From contig NC_043006.1 in assembly GCF_006345805.1 (NCBI RefSeq), positions 91,264,001 to 91,328,000 of the forward strand: DNA of 64,000 bases. The letters run 5' to 3'. Below the pieces are notes generated by a model. That model saw only the letters and a program-made list of their open reading frames with translations, ran no database searches and was not told the DNA's origin. Positions 1 to 12,078 of the stretch are shown here, one piece after another (positions within the stretch are counted from its first letter, which is position 1; every line of letters begins with the position of its first letter). The stretch comes from Octopus sinensis. Lineage: Eukaryota. The position numbers were made by a program, and so were the translations under genes.

Positions 1-46
1 TTCAAAAAGTCTCACCGCGGTGAATTTTTCGGTGAACAGATATATA

Positions 47-911
47 CAGGCTGCGGTGAATAAACTGTCATCTAAATAACGCAAAAATGAAAATAACACA
101 TCTCATTTTAAGATATATTTACAACCAAAATTACATAAAAATATCTCGAAATACTAGGGAAGATTTATTCGATAAAATTGCCATTGACTTCAACCACGGC
201 CTCCAGACAACTTCGGAATCTCCTGCAACTCTTCTGGATGGTCGCCTTGTTTAAGTGGATGAATGCTGTCATAATCCTTGCTTTCAGTTCATCTTTGGTG
301 TTACAAGTTTTGTTGGTCTCTCGCTCAAATGCACCCCACACGTAATAATCATGGGGGTTGCAGTCCGGGGAGTTAGGTGGCCAGATGTTAGGGGTGATGT
401 GGTCGCAGAGATTGTCTGATAGCCATGACTGGGTTCTCCTGCTTGTGTGCCATGGTGCAGAGTCCTGTTGCCAGACACAGGGTCTTCCAGCAGTCACCCT
501 CTTCACCCAGGGCAGCACTACCTCATCCAGGTACTTGATATAGGCCTCCGTGTTGAGTCTGAGGCTGTGTGGGAAGATGAATAGAGGTATAACTTTGCCA
601 GCACTAGCGATCATTCCATGCACCATGATGTTGACTGGATGTTTGATTTTTATCACTCTTGGTACATGTCCTCAGATTGACATCCAAACACTTTGAAATG
701 ATCGTTTTGGAGTTTCCAGCGCTAATGCTAAGCAGTACAGTATGTAATTTCCAAATTTCTGGCAGAGTGAATTGCGCCATGGTGCTATTTTTCTTACAAA
801 CGGTGTTCAACTGATCCTACTATACTGTGTGGTCGACAAAATCAAAAGCAAACAATGCGCATGCACCAAACTAAAGGTATAAATTGGCGACAATTTACCT
901 ATCGCACCCTG
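47..911 (-). mobile_element. Tc1/mariner DD37D (maT-type) DNA transposon, internally deleted
   Basis: Imperfect TIRs: CAGGCTGCGGTGAATAAACTGTC at 47 versus the reverse complement of 889-911, CAGGGTGCGATAGGTAAATTGTC (17/23 identical). TA lies on both outer sides (45-46, 912-913). The enclosed ORF has QQDSAPWH...WPPNSPDCNPHDYYVW with 37 residues between the second and third Asp. Confidence 0.85.
165..656 (-). pseudogene. C-terminal part of a DD37D transposase
   Basis: Motifs MVHGMIAS, WQQDSAP.H, WPPNSPDCNPHD and LEAVVEVNGNFIE are present. The first catalytic Asp region is absent, and the ORF is fused near 660 to an N-terminal remnant (ORF 604-810). Confidence 0.85.
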
Positions 912-924
912 TATATACACAGAC

Positions 925-975
925 ATATACATACATACATAAATACATACATACATACATACATACATACATACA

Positions 976-1011
<36 letters not shown>

Positions 1012-1233
1012 TATATAATATGAACATATATAATATGAACATACATATATATATATATATATAATATGAACATATATAATATGAACATACATATATATAT
1101 ATATAATATGAACATATATAATATGAACATATATATATATATATATATATAATATGAACATATATATATATATATATATATAATATGAACATACATATAT
1201 ATATATTAATATGAACATATATATATATATATG

Positions 1234-1269
<36 letters not shown>

Positions 1270-1625
1270 CATATATATATATATATATATATATATGAAC
1301 ATATATATATATATTATATATATATATATGAACATATATATATATATAATATGAACATATATATATATATATATAATATGAACATATAATATATATATAT
1401 ATATAATATGAACATATAATATATATATATATAATATGAACATATAAATATATATATATATAATATGAACATATAAATATATATATATAATATGAACATA
1501 TAAATATATATATATAATATGAACATATAAATATATATATATATAATATGAACATATAAATATATATATATATATATGAACATATAAATATATATGCATA
1601 CATACATATATGTATATACACATGC
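925..1625. repeat. Compound (TACA)n plus (AT)n array punctuated by ATAATATGAAC
   Basis: (TACA)n at 925-1003, then more than 20 units of AATATGAAC(AT)n of variable length. Confidence 0.95.
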
Positions 1626-2744
1626 ACATATGGGCACAGAACACCACAGAACGTAAACAACATGAAATACGAAATACGTTTACAGTGGGTATAGAGTTTG
1701 AATAGTGTATTCACACTCGGCTCCGTAAATTTTGGAAGTGTTGGTTGGATATCTGTTACATGATGACGCTCGATTGTGTGCATATTCAACTAGAGCACTT
1801 TCAAATTTTATAAAAAAATTTAAAGTATTATACTGAAGAGAGATGTAAGTAAAATTTAAATTACTTTAATCTCGAAACGCGTATATAGTTAATCCTGGTC
1901 ATGTTGATTCATTGTTCTTCTCTTTGCCTTCATAAAAAAGTATGTTTACTGTCATAGAGATTCTTATAGTAGCAGAAAAGGAATTTTTAACTCCTATTTC
2001 TAATTTCGGTATGTGGTGAAACAGTTAGCTGAACCCTAATTATAATTATAATTATAATTAATTATAATTATATATATATATGCATTTCTATGTCTGCATG
2101 TATCTCTTGGTTTTGAACATGTCTACTGTGTGTGGCTTCTTCCTTTGTCTGTTATTTACCGAAAGAGGCTGAACACTAAATGGAAATTTCCACGATGGAA
2201 TGAAGGACTGCGTCAGCTTGGGTAGTAACTCGCTGAACACCTGCTGTAAGAGGTGCCCATCGTTGCCACTTCTGTGCAAAATGATGTTGCGTCCCAGCAA
2301 GACTGAAAAGCCACGTCCTTGCTGCATTAAGAGAATAAACAAAATATGCCGTTGCTCGAAATCGAGACGCAGCCATCTTGTACGAATATGTATGTTTGTG
2401 TGTGTGTCTGTGTTTGTATAAATATATATGCGTATGTATATGTGAGTGTGTGTGAGAGAGTTTATATATATTGCATGTGTGTTTGTGTGTGAGTGTATGT
2501 ATATATGTGTGCGTGTGAGATTGTACCTCACACTCTACCAAATGCAAGCGTACTTCTCTTCTAAATCCACGTCAACAGTCCGCATGCACCGAGCGGAAAG
2601 TTTTCTCTTTTCGGCATCATGGCCGCTAACTTTAAATGAAGCATTTCTACTTCTTTGCTTATGAATTAAATATTCAGCATCTTGCAGCCTCTTTAATAAT
2701 TTCCTATCATGAAATGTAGTCCATAGTCTGCATATTTACACTCG

Positions 2745-2804
2745 TGTGTGTGTGTGTATGTATGTATGTATGTATGTATGTATGTATGTATGTATGTATG
2801 TATG

Positions 2805-2835
<31 letters not shown>

Positions 2836-2952
2836 GCATTTAAGTTTTTGTGTGCGTGCATCTATCAATCTATCAGTCTGTCTGTCTGTCTGTCTATCTA
2901 TCGGTCTGAATGTATGTATGTATGTATGTATGTATGTATGTATGTATGTATG

Positions 2953-3018
<66 letters not shown>

Positions 3019-3030
3019 GTTTGTCTGTCT
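2745..3030. repeat. (TATG)n, (TCTG)n and (TCTA)n microsatellites
   Basis: Direct reading of tetranucleotide runs. Confidence 0.95.
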
Positions 3031-3557
3031 GGGTATGTATATGGTTGTACAAACACACTGGAAGGCAAAGAGCATGTATGCATGTGTGTATATACCGTTG
3101 CAGTAGACACTTATGTGCATCACATGACGATAGGGCATGTGATACACATTTGTGTCTGTCCGTACGAAACCCTGGGCCACGAGCGCTAAATATAAACTGT
3201 GCAAGACGAACAACGGAGGCGGAACAAACGCTGTCTATGGAAATGGTAAGTCTGCCCCATGGAGGCATAAATAATCTTTCAAGTGTTTCACTTAAAGAAG
3301 CAGGAATCATTATACAAGTAATCTTCTTTCGAAATCGGAATTGTTACAGTCATGTCATGGGTTCGATTTCTCACTCCGCCACTTTCACTCGCAGAATCGG
3401 CGAAGTGGGTCACTAAATGTAACGCCAGAATTGTTAATTGAATTATTTCTAAAAGTAAATGAATAAAATAAAATAATCCGGAATACATTTTAATGTGAGA
3501 CTTCTCTAATCCACAATCAAGGAAGTCCCATGATTGCTCCACAGGATTAAGTTTGTC

Positions 3558-3840
3558 TTTTATCTTTTACTGGAGTGCGGTCATGCTGGGGCACTCCTTG
3601 AAAGGTTAAGTCAAAGAAATCGACCTCAATGCTGACTTTTAAGTCTGCTAGTTATTCTGATAGTTTAGTGGGGGGGGGGCATAAACAAACCAACACGGGT
3701 TGTCAAGGGGTGGAGTGGGAAACACACACACACACACACACGACGGAGTTCAGATATTGTCTTATGAAACACTCTCCCAAGGTGTCGTGCAGTGGGATTG
3801 AACCCGGAATAAAGCTTCTAAACCGCACAGCCATACCTGG
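3558..3840 (-). mobile_element. tRNA-derived SINE, family A, degenerate
   Basis: Minus-strand head GGTATGGCTGTGCGG...GGGTTCAATCCCACTG with A/B-box-like motifs, CCTTGGGAGAGTG, an internal (TG)n, and tail CCCCAGCATGACCGCA...GTAAAAG. Confidence 0.7.
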
Positions 3841-4267
3841 TTATAGAATTTGGCACAAGATTCAATAAACAAATTCCAATTGTTTTGTTTCCAGTCATGC
3901 TAAAAAGAGCAGCCACTGTTTTTGTTTCCCTTCTACTTTTTAAGTCAGGAGGGAAGGCAAAGCCGATGACTGTTTACAGGGACCCCGAGATTTGTTGGGG
4001 GGAAGGTTTTCTTCAAACGGAAGACCTGGCCCCAATGTTTGAATGGATTCTACGAGTGTAGATGGAGTTCAACCGAATGAAACGAAACCAATATGAAAAA
4101 CATTCAATTCTACAATGATGGAACTTTGTCAAACTCGGTGTTTATAATCTTATTTCCTGGGGACCATCAAATAATCTCGGTAAATTCGAATTTCTCTCAT
4201 TTGTTCCCGAATGATGACGATTCTGGTGTCTCTCTCTCGCTGAAATATGGGTTTTATCTAAATATAT

Positions 4268-4434
4268 AGGCTGTGTTGTTACGAAGCTTGCTTTGCAATC
4301 ACGTGGTTTCAGGTTCAGTTCCGCTGTGCGTTGCTTTGGCCAAGTGTGTTTTTCTATAGGTACGGGCCGATCAAACCTGGTGAGTGAATCTAGTAGAGAG
4401 AAACTGTATGGAAGCCCGCCGTATGTATGCATAC

Positions 4435-4467
<33 letters not shown>

Positions 4468-4746
4468 TGTATGTATGTATGTATGTATGTATGTATGTAT
4501 GTATGTATGTATGTATGCATGTCCACGTGTGTGTGTCTTTGTGTCTGTGTTTGTAATCCCCCACCGCTTGGCAACCGCTGCTAGTTTGTTTACGTCCCTA
4601 TAATTTAATAGTTCGGGCAAAAGAGTCCGACAAAAAAAATACCAGACTTAAAAAATAAATTCTGGGATCGCTTTGTTTGTCTAAAAATCCTTCTGTGTGA
4701 TGCTCCAGCATGGCCGAAGTCCAGTGACTGAAACAAGTAAAAAAAC
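4268..4746 (+). mobile_element. tRNA-derived SINE, family A
   Basis: Head with GGTTCAGTTCC and TTGGCCAAGTG, internal (TATG)n, second module, and tail GCTCCAGCATGGCCGAAGTCCAGTGACTGAAACAAGTAAAA. Confidence 0.8.
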
Positions 4747-5367
4747 ATACGGCTTGAATTCTTTTTCCATTTAGCTATTCAATATATTATAAATTGTCTA
4801 AATCTAATGAAGAGCGACAGAAGCAGTTTTGGTACCAAAAAGTAATTTTGATCTCCAACTAAATGTGGAAGTCATGTTAGAAGACAGAACACAACCCCGT
4901 CGTTTAAGATGGAGATCAAGATTATCTCTAAATCTAGCCTGTCCTCATCTACTTTACTCTTCTATTTCTGTTTAAAAATGCATTCCCGATGTATTTTGAG
5001 AAATATTGTTATTAATAGCTCTGAATAGAGTTTGAGCTGCACTTGTTGACGTGAAATCCATACCAAGAAGATCGTTTCGATTTTCTTTCACAAACGAAGC
5101 GCACCAGATAAAAAGAACGGGTTCAATCTATACGACTGAAACACGTATGCAATTGGAAATTTATTAAATAAATACAAAATAGATTAACTGTTTTATTGTT
5201 AGGTTTTGTTTGGTTGAATTTATTTTTCAAACTCCTTCTGACTGCAAATAACGAAACATACTCGATAACTACACAAATATAATTGAATAAATTACAAAAT
5301 AAAATTAACCAGACAGTTATTTGTTTGTTTTTCAAATTTGTTTTAGAATCTTCGTATAGAAAATATA

Positions 5368-5369
<2 letters not shown>

Positions 5370-5405
<36 letters not shown>

Positions 5406-5500
5406 TCACAAAACCCCCCAAATTAAGACAAAAATGCAAAAACAGAAAGCTAAAAACTATCTTCAAAAGAAGAACCTGGATACACACATACATGCATATA

Positions 5501-5542
<42 letters not shown>

Positions 5543-5793
5543 GATGTGTTTATTTTCTGTATATATTGCATAAACTCCCACATGTATGTATCTTCTATTT
5601 TTTAATTATAAAAATAGAAAGGACACACATACGTGTTTATATACATACATATATATATATATATGTTTGTGCGTATGTATGTATCTATCTATTTATCTAT
5701 CAATCTCTCTCTCTCTATCTATATCTCTGTCTCTATCTCACTCTCCCTCCCTCTCTCTCTGTCTCTCTCTGTCTCTCCCTCCTTCTCTCTCTC

Positions 5794-5832
<39 letters not shown>

Positions 5833-6220
5833 ATCTATCTATCTATCTATCTATCTCCCTCTCTCTATCTCTCTCCCTTCATCCCTCTCTTTCTCCCTCT
5901 CTCTCTATTTCCCTCTGCCTCGCTCCCTCCCTCCCTTCTCTCTCTCTATCTCCTTACACACACGTGTAAGGAGAGATTCATTTGTATACATGCACGTATT
6001 CCGTGTATTCCTTACAAGATTATCTTTCATATTTTAGGTTTATTTTTAAACATAGCCCCCCCCTCCACACACACACCCGTACCTCCACATGCTGGCGAAT
6101 ACAAACTGAGCTGAGTGGAGGAGGAGGAGGAGGAGGAGGAAATATAAAGAGAAAAGTGAGTCTGGGGAAAAAAGCGGACATATGTTCTATATGGGCGTAT
6201 GTGTGTGTGTGTGTGCGAGC

Positions 6221-6288
<68 letters not shown>

Positions 6289-6442
6289 GCGTGTGGGTGA
6301 AAGAACAACAGAGGGAAAGAGAAAACGAACGGTGAGGCTGGGATGCTGTACGGAAGAGAAAATGAGATGCGGTGTTTGTTTGTGGGTAATTACTGGAAAC
6401 GGAGCTCATTAGCGAATTGAAGAGAAAACTGTGGTGCGAGAG

Positions 6443-6476
<34 letters not shown>

Positions 6477-6500
6477 CAGACAGACAGAGAGACAGACAGA
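5370..6500. repeat. Cluster of (CA)n, (TA)n, (CT)n/(TCTA)n, (GGA)n and (GA)n microsatellites
   Basis: Direct reading; includes a polypyrimidine tract at about 5700-5950. Confidence 0.9.
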
Positions 6501-6701
6501 CAGATGTAGCAGTTACTAGGCACAACACTACATTTATCTCTTCTGCTTGTTGTAAGGTAGAGAGATTTGTCACGGAGACAAAGGAACAGTGCCTAATTAA
6601 TTAGAAACGGTCTGTTATTAATATATATACGCTTACGTATGCGAGTGCATATGCGTGCGTATATCGTATATACATATATAAACACATACATACATACATA
6701 C

Positions 6702-6786
<85 letters not shown>

Positions 6787-6802
6787 TCTATCTATCTATC
6801 TA

Positions 6803-6884
<82 letters not shown>

Positions 6885-7092
6885 AATGTGACCGCGTGTG
6901 TACCGTTGGCAATTTTTTTCCTCTGTCTTCCCTTCTCTGGATCTTTCCTTCTCCTATGTTTCCGACGAAGAGCTCCGCTCGAAACGTTAAACCCTCCTTC
7001 TTTCCTTCTTTCCTGAGCGTCCAATAATACTAAATTTGTTCCACGTCCTCGCGTTGTTGTGTTTTTTTTTGTGCTTTCATGTTTGGATTAAC
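6885..7092 (+). mobile_element. About 200 bp (TA)n-flanked repeat with a hammerhead-like motif (Penelope pLTR-like, family H1)
   Basis: Closely similar to 56942-57145. Contains GTTT-CCGACGA-A-GAGC-TCC-GCTC-GAAAC-GTT-AAAC at 6958-6992. Confidence 0.7.
6958..6992 (+). ncRNA. Minimal type I hammerhead ribozyme-like motif (U4C substitution in this copy)
   Basis: Stem I GUUU/AAAC, core CCGACGA, stem II GAGC/GCUC, then GAAAC and GUU triplet. Confidence 0.55.
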
Positions 7093-7444
7093 AATATATA
7101 TATATATAGGTGTACACACACACACACACACACACACAGACGTGTGTATGTCCTTTCAGTTGTTAAATATTTTCTGGGTGTTATTTGTCTTGCTCATCGT
7201 TGTTATTACAATAAAGGTACAATTGAACATTGAAGAAGAAAGCGGTGGTGGAGCCATATTTAAGTAGATGCGGCTTCATTAATTTTCGGCGGGGGAAACG
7301 AAAAGAAGAAAGAAGAAAAGCAAAAAGCTTCTTGAAGTTTCCAGAGTGTTTAACGATTTCATCTGAGTTGGATGAATGGCGTCGTATAGAAGTGAAACAC
7401 TTTCCGCGCGTGTGTTGTATTCTGCTGAATAAGCGTTATGACTG

Positions 7445-7870
7445 GTTTTAAATATTGGCACAAGGCCAGCGATTTTAGAGGAACGTAGATAATCGATTAC
7501 TTCGATCCCAACTGGTACTGATTTTATCGACCCCCAAAAGGGTGAAAGGCAAAGTTGACCTCGGCGGAATTTGAACTCAGAACGTAAAGACAGACGAAAC
7601 ACCGCTAAGTATTTCGCCCGGCGCGCTAACGTTTTTTTATTTCTTTATTGCCCACAAGGGGCTAAACACAGAGGGGACAAACAAGGACAGACTAAGGGAT
7701 TAAGTCGATTACATCGACCCCAGTGCGCAACTGTTACTTAATATATCGACCCCGAAAGGATGAAAGGCAAAGTCGATCTAGGCGGAATTTGAACTCAGAA
7801 CGTAAAGACAGACGAAATACCGCTAAGCATTTCGCCCGGCGTGCTAACGTTTCTGCCAGCTCGCCGCCTT
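7445..7870 (-). mobile_element. Two tandem tRNA-derived SINE family B copies
   Basis: Head AAGGCGGCGAGCTGGCAGAAACGTTAGC, B-box-like GAGTTCAAATTCC, and central GTCGACTTTGCCTTTCATCCTTTCGGGGTCGAT. The two copies carry different 3' tails. Confidence 0.85.
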
Positions 7871-8130
7871 GAAGAAGGAATGATGATTGGTTGTATAACA
7901 CATGTACTTAACACATTCATTTTTCAATCAGATAGCTATAAGTTCGATCTCAGCACACGGCACCTTGTGACTATATCTTCTTTTTGTTATGTTTCGGGTC
8001 TGAGGGAAATTTCATTGAGAGAAAATAATGTGCGGAAACCCATCGGAGGATTCCGTCCTTGCGCTTCCATATTTGGTAGATTTGAACCGTCACCCTGTTT
8101 AATTCTAGCGTCCAGCTTTTGTGTTTCACG

Positions 8131-8216
8131 TTCAGTTCCACTGTGCGGTGTCATGGACGCTCGGGGCCGACCTTGTGGCTGAAATTGCTAAGAAGCCTGC
8201 CAAGCGTGTGTGTGTG

Positions 8217-8261
<45 letters not shown>

Positions 8262-8395
8262 CAGTACCGCTTGAGAACCAGCATTGATTAGCTTATGACT
8301 CATAACTTAGCAGTTTGGCAAAAAAAGACCGATAGAATAAGTATCATACTTAAAAAAGGAAAAATACTGGAAGCGATTTGTTTTTCTAAATCCTT
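8131..8395 (+). mobile_element. SINE family A, 5'-truncated and degenerate
   Basis: GGGCCGACCTTGTG, AGAAGCCTG, (TG)n, then GACCGATAGAATAAGTA. Confidence 0.65.
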
Positions 8396-8399
8396 GGAC

Positions 8400-9140
8400 T
8401 GATTTCGGTCATTTCTTCATTTGGACTCAGTTTTATTTCGTCTGGCCTCGGTCGCTTCTTGGTCGGGGCAGTCTTTTCTTGGTCTTGCCTTGGTCATATT
8501 TTGATCTCAATCTTTTCTGAGCCTGGTATTCACCTTTAATTGGTTTGCTTTCGATCCCATTTCGGTCTGGTCTCCGTCTTGGTATTCTTCGTTTGGTTTC
8601 CGTTTCAGTCTTCATTTCATCCACCTTTTCCTTCTTCGATTTCTTCCTTCTTTCTCCCTCTCGTCTCGCTCCCTTTTTGTCTGTCCTTCTGTGTTTTCCC
8701 AGTCTCCCTCATTTTTCTTGGTTTGCTCTGGAATTCTTTTCACTCGACTTTCTCTCTTTTTTGCGTCTAATCACGCTATTCTCTTGGTTTGATCTCGGAC
8801 TTTTTCATCGTCTACTCACGGTATTCTTCGTCTGGTTTCGGTTTCTGTCTTCTCTTCATATTACCTAGTTTTTTTTTTTCTTCATGTCTTATCTCTGTCT
8901 TTTTCTTCTAGTCTTAGTATTTTCTCCGCTATGCTGTTTGCGTGATCTGCCTTCACCCTTCTCCTTTCTGTCTCACTCTTTTCCTTCCTCTCCTTCCACT
9001 TTTATTCTTGGTCATTTCTTCATGTCGAGCTCTACTTCGTCTGCTCTCAATCATTTCTTGGTCTCGTCACATTTTTTTCTTCATGTCGTCTTGGCCTTCT
9101 TTTAGTTTCGTTTATTTCTTAGTCTGGTTTCGGTCTTTTG
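8400..9140. repeat. A-poor degenerate tandem/low-complexity tract (TTGGTC and TTTCGG motifs)
   Basis: Recurrent TCTGGTTTCGGT, TTCTTGGTC and ATTTCTTCATGTCG motifs. A similar tract resumes at 9950-10090. Confidence 0.6.
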
Positions 9141-9527
9141 TGCCTACTATAGGCACAATGCCTGAAATTTTCAGGGAGGGGACACAAGTCGTGCATCATC
9201 CCCAGTACTCATTTTATCGACTCTGAACGAATGAAAGGTAGAGTTGAGCGCAGTGGAATTTGAACTCAGAACGAAAAAACGGACGAAATACCTATTTCTT
9301 TACTACCAACAAGGGGCTAAACACAGAGAGGACAAACAAGGACAGACAAACGGATTAAGTCGATTATATCGACCCCAGTGCATAACTGGTACTTAATTTA
9401 TCGACCTCGAAAGGATGAAAGGCAAAGACGAACTCGGCGGAATTTGAACTCAGAACGTAACGGCAGATGAAAAACAGCTAAACATTTCGCCCGGCGTGCT
9501 AACGATTCTGTCAGATCGCCGCTTTAC
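9140..9527 (-). mobile_element. SINE family B dimer
   Basis: A full copy at 9292-9527 is joined via AAAGAAATA|GGTATTTCGTC to a headless copy at 9140-9291. Confidence 0.8.
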
Positions 9528-9739
9528 CAAGGATATAAAATAAAATATGTTAAAATAAAATAAAGTACATTAAAATAAAATTTAATATGCATAAATAAAA
9601 TAAAATATTTAAAAATAAACTGAAATATATATAAATGAAATTAATATTATAAATTAGAAATTAATATATATATAATAAAAAATATAGCCATAAATACAAA
9701 TATAATATGAGGGTCTCAAACATTTCCTGGCGTACGTTT

Positions 9740-9930
9740 TAAGGCGGCGAGCTGGCAGAAATGTTAGCTCACCGGGCTTAGCGGTATTTCGTCTGCCTTT
9801 ACGTTCTGAGTTCAAATTCCGCCGAGGTCGACTTTGCCTTTAAGGGTCGATAAATTAAGTCACAGTTGCGTACTGGGGTCGATCTAATCGACTGGCTCCC
9901 CTCCCCCTAAATTTCAGGCCTTGTTCCTGG
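9740..9930 (+). mobile_element. SINE family B
   Basis: AAGGCGGCGAGCTGGCAGAAATGTTAGC...GAGTTCAAATTCCGCCGAGGTCGACTTTGCC...AAATTTCAGGCCTTG. Confidence 0.85.
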
Positions 9931-10090
9931 AGCAGAAAAGAATATCTGCGTCGTTTTGGTTCGGTTCCAGTCATTTTGCAGAGATCAAGTTTCTGTCTTT
10001 TCTTTCTTTTGGTATTGTTTCAGACTTTTCTTCCTCTCGCTTCGGTTTTTCGTCAATTTCTATCCCAGTCTTCTTTTGGTCTGGTCCCAA

Positions 10091-10470
10091 GGAGTGGCTA
10101 TGTGGTTGCTTCTCAGCCACAAGGTTTCAGGTTCGGTCCCACTACATGGCACCTTAGACAAGTGTCTTCTACCATAGCCTCGGGCTGACCAAAGTCTTGT
10201 GAGTGGATTTGAACGATGAAAACTGAAAGAAGCCTGTCGAATATATATGTGCATATCCATATGTGTGTGTGTGTGTGAGTGAGTATTTGGTTTTATGCTT
10301 GTCCCCCAACAGTGCTTGACCACCGATATTGGTTTGTTTATGTTCTTTAACTTAGCGGTTCGGCAAAAGAGATTGATAGAATACGAGTAAGTAGCCGGTC
10401 TTAAAAAAGTATTGGAGTTGATTTGTTTCTATTAAAACCCTTCAGTGCGTTGCCCCAGCAGGACTCTGTA
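10091..10470 (+). mobile_element. SINE family A
   Basis: GAGTGGCTATGTGG, GGTTCGGTCCC, ACAAGTGTCTTCTACCATAGCCTCGGGC, internal (TG)n, and second module. Confidence 0.8.
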
Positions 10471-11003
10471 GCATTAAAAAAAAGAATATAAATCGAATTT
10501 ATTTTATGGTACTTGGTATGTATTGTCCTCATGCCTCCCCGCCCACCGAAGACCATATTAGACCCACACAAGCAAACATACTCAAAGTGCACAGACACAT
10601 TCAATTAGACTTTTTTCAGCTTAAATGATGTCATACAACGCAGTTGAGGAGACGAATATTTTCATCACAAATGACATTTAAATAAAACTATCGGATAAAA
10701 AAAAAAAAGAAAAACACAGGTATTCTGCTTGTTTTTTTTTATGTTGAAATATAAAAGTTAGCAAGGTAGATATTTATTCATTACAAGCACTCTAGCGATA
10801 AATAGAACCAGTTACTTGACCTTTCATATTCACTGCTATGTCTACCGTCGCGTGGATTTACATTATTGACTTGTTACTTTTTAAAACGTGAAGAGTATTT
10901 AATTTCATTAGAGCTCGGTGGAAAGTTGTATGAAAAATTAAGTGTTCTTGGCTAGAATTGAGCCGACGACCTGCATTGATTTCTAACAAAACACAAGGCC
11001 ACC

Positions 11004-11191
11004 TCGTAAAATATAATTGCCAACCAGATGTGGCAGTCCAATAGGGGACGATGCTAGTTGTTTTTAACCCCAGGAGAACATCTCCTCCAGCTGGCTAACG
11101 ACACACTGTCTGTGTCCAATTAGGGAAATCAACAACAGCACCATCGCTCCCTATGGGGACGCCACATCTAGTTGGCAATTAAATTTTACGA
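11004..11191. mobile_element. MITE-like foldback element with about 58 bp inverted arms
   Basis: TCGTAAAATATAATTGCCAACCAGATGTGGCAGTCC (11004-) pairs with GGGGACGCCACATCTAGTTGGCAATTAAATTTTACGA (-11191). No clear TSD. Confidence 0.7.
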
Positions 11192-11424
11192 TTCCGTACG
11201 GCTACTGCTTACTTCTCGCTCAGAGTTTTAATATTGTTTACAAGGCCACGTGGTTTGGCAGAGAAGAGAATCAATTGAAATCAATCGAAAGGTTGCTTTT
11301 ATCGACCCTCGTAAGGACGAAAAAGCAAAGCTGACCTTGGTGAGATTCGAACTGAATCTTACTGGTTCTGCTTCTTCAACTAAAGTCATTAGCCGTAGCT
11401 TGCTTAGATTTCGGTGCAGAAAGA

Positions 11425-11662
11425 GTGATGATGATGATGATGGTGGTGGTGTTGATGGACGTCATCTTGAAGGAGGTAATGCTGATGGTGGCAGTGGGAG
11501 TAGTAGCCATGATAGAGATGCTGATTGGCAATGGTGGTGGTGGTGATGGTGGCGGTGGATGTAGTGATGGTGTTAGTGGTGGAGACGGTCGTGCAGATGC
11601 TGATGGCGACCAGGATGCTGCTGCCATTATGTTAAACAAGCAGGCTCCGCTTAAATTTTATA

Positions 11663-11708
<46 letters not shown>

Positions 11709-11762
11709 GTGTTGCTGCTGCTGGTGGTACTATTACTACTACTGCTACTGCTGCTGCTGCTG

Positions 11763-11794
<32 letters not shown>

Positions 11795-11822
11795 GCTGCT
11801 ACTACTACAACTACTACTACTA

Positions 11823-11869
<47 letters not shown>

Positions 11870-11885
11870 GCTGCTGCTACTACTC
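11425..11885. repeat. (GAT)/(GGT) and (TAC)n/(TGC)n trinucleotide arrays
   Basis: Direct reading; these explain the poly-S/L/Y ORFs. Confidence 0.95.
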
Positions 11886-11889
11886 AACC

Positions 11890-12026
11890 TGAAATTCTGG
11901 GGGAGAGGATGGTTGATTACATCGACCCCCGCTACTTTATCGACCTGAAGTCAGAACATAAAGACGGGTGAAATGTCGCGAAACATTTCGTTCGGTGAGT
12001 TAACGATTCTGCCCACTCGCCACCTT
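11890..12026 (-). mobile_element. SINE family B, internally deleted
   Basis: Head GAAGGTGGCGAGTGGGCAGAATCGTTAAC and tail GGGGGTCGATGTAATCAACC...CAGAATTTCAGG. Confidence 0.7.
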
Positions 12027-12030
12027 CATA

Positions 12031-12074
<44 letters not shown>

Positions 12075-12078
<4 letters not shown>

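Noticed and set aside
807-1789. Long ORFs rich in Y/I/M/C/V (and similar ORFs at 2.7-3.4, 5.4-6.5, 11.4-11.9, 13.4-14.1, 31.6-32.5 and 42.1-43.0 kb)
   Set aside because: They are translations of microsatellites that lack stop codons, not genes.
11020-11036. CTCF-like motif in the foldback arms
   Set aside because: The spacing differs from the consensus and is explained by the element's internal motif.
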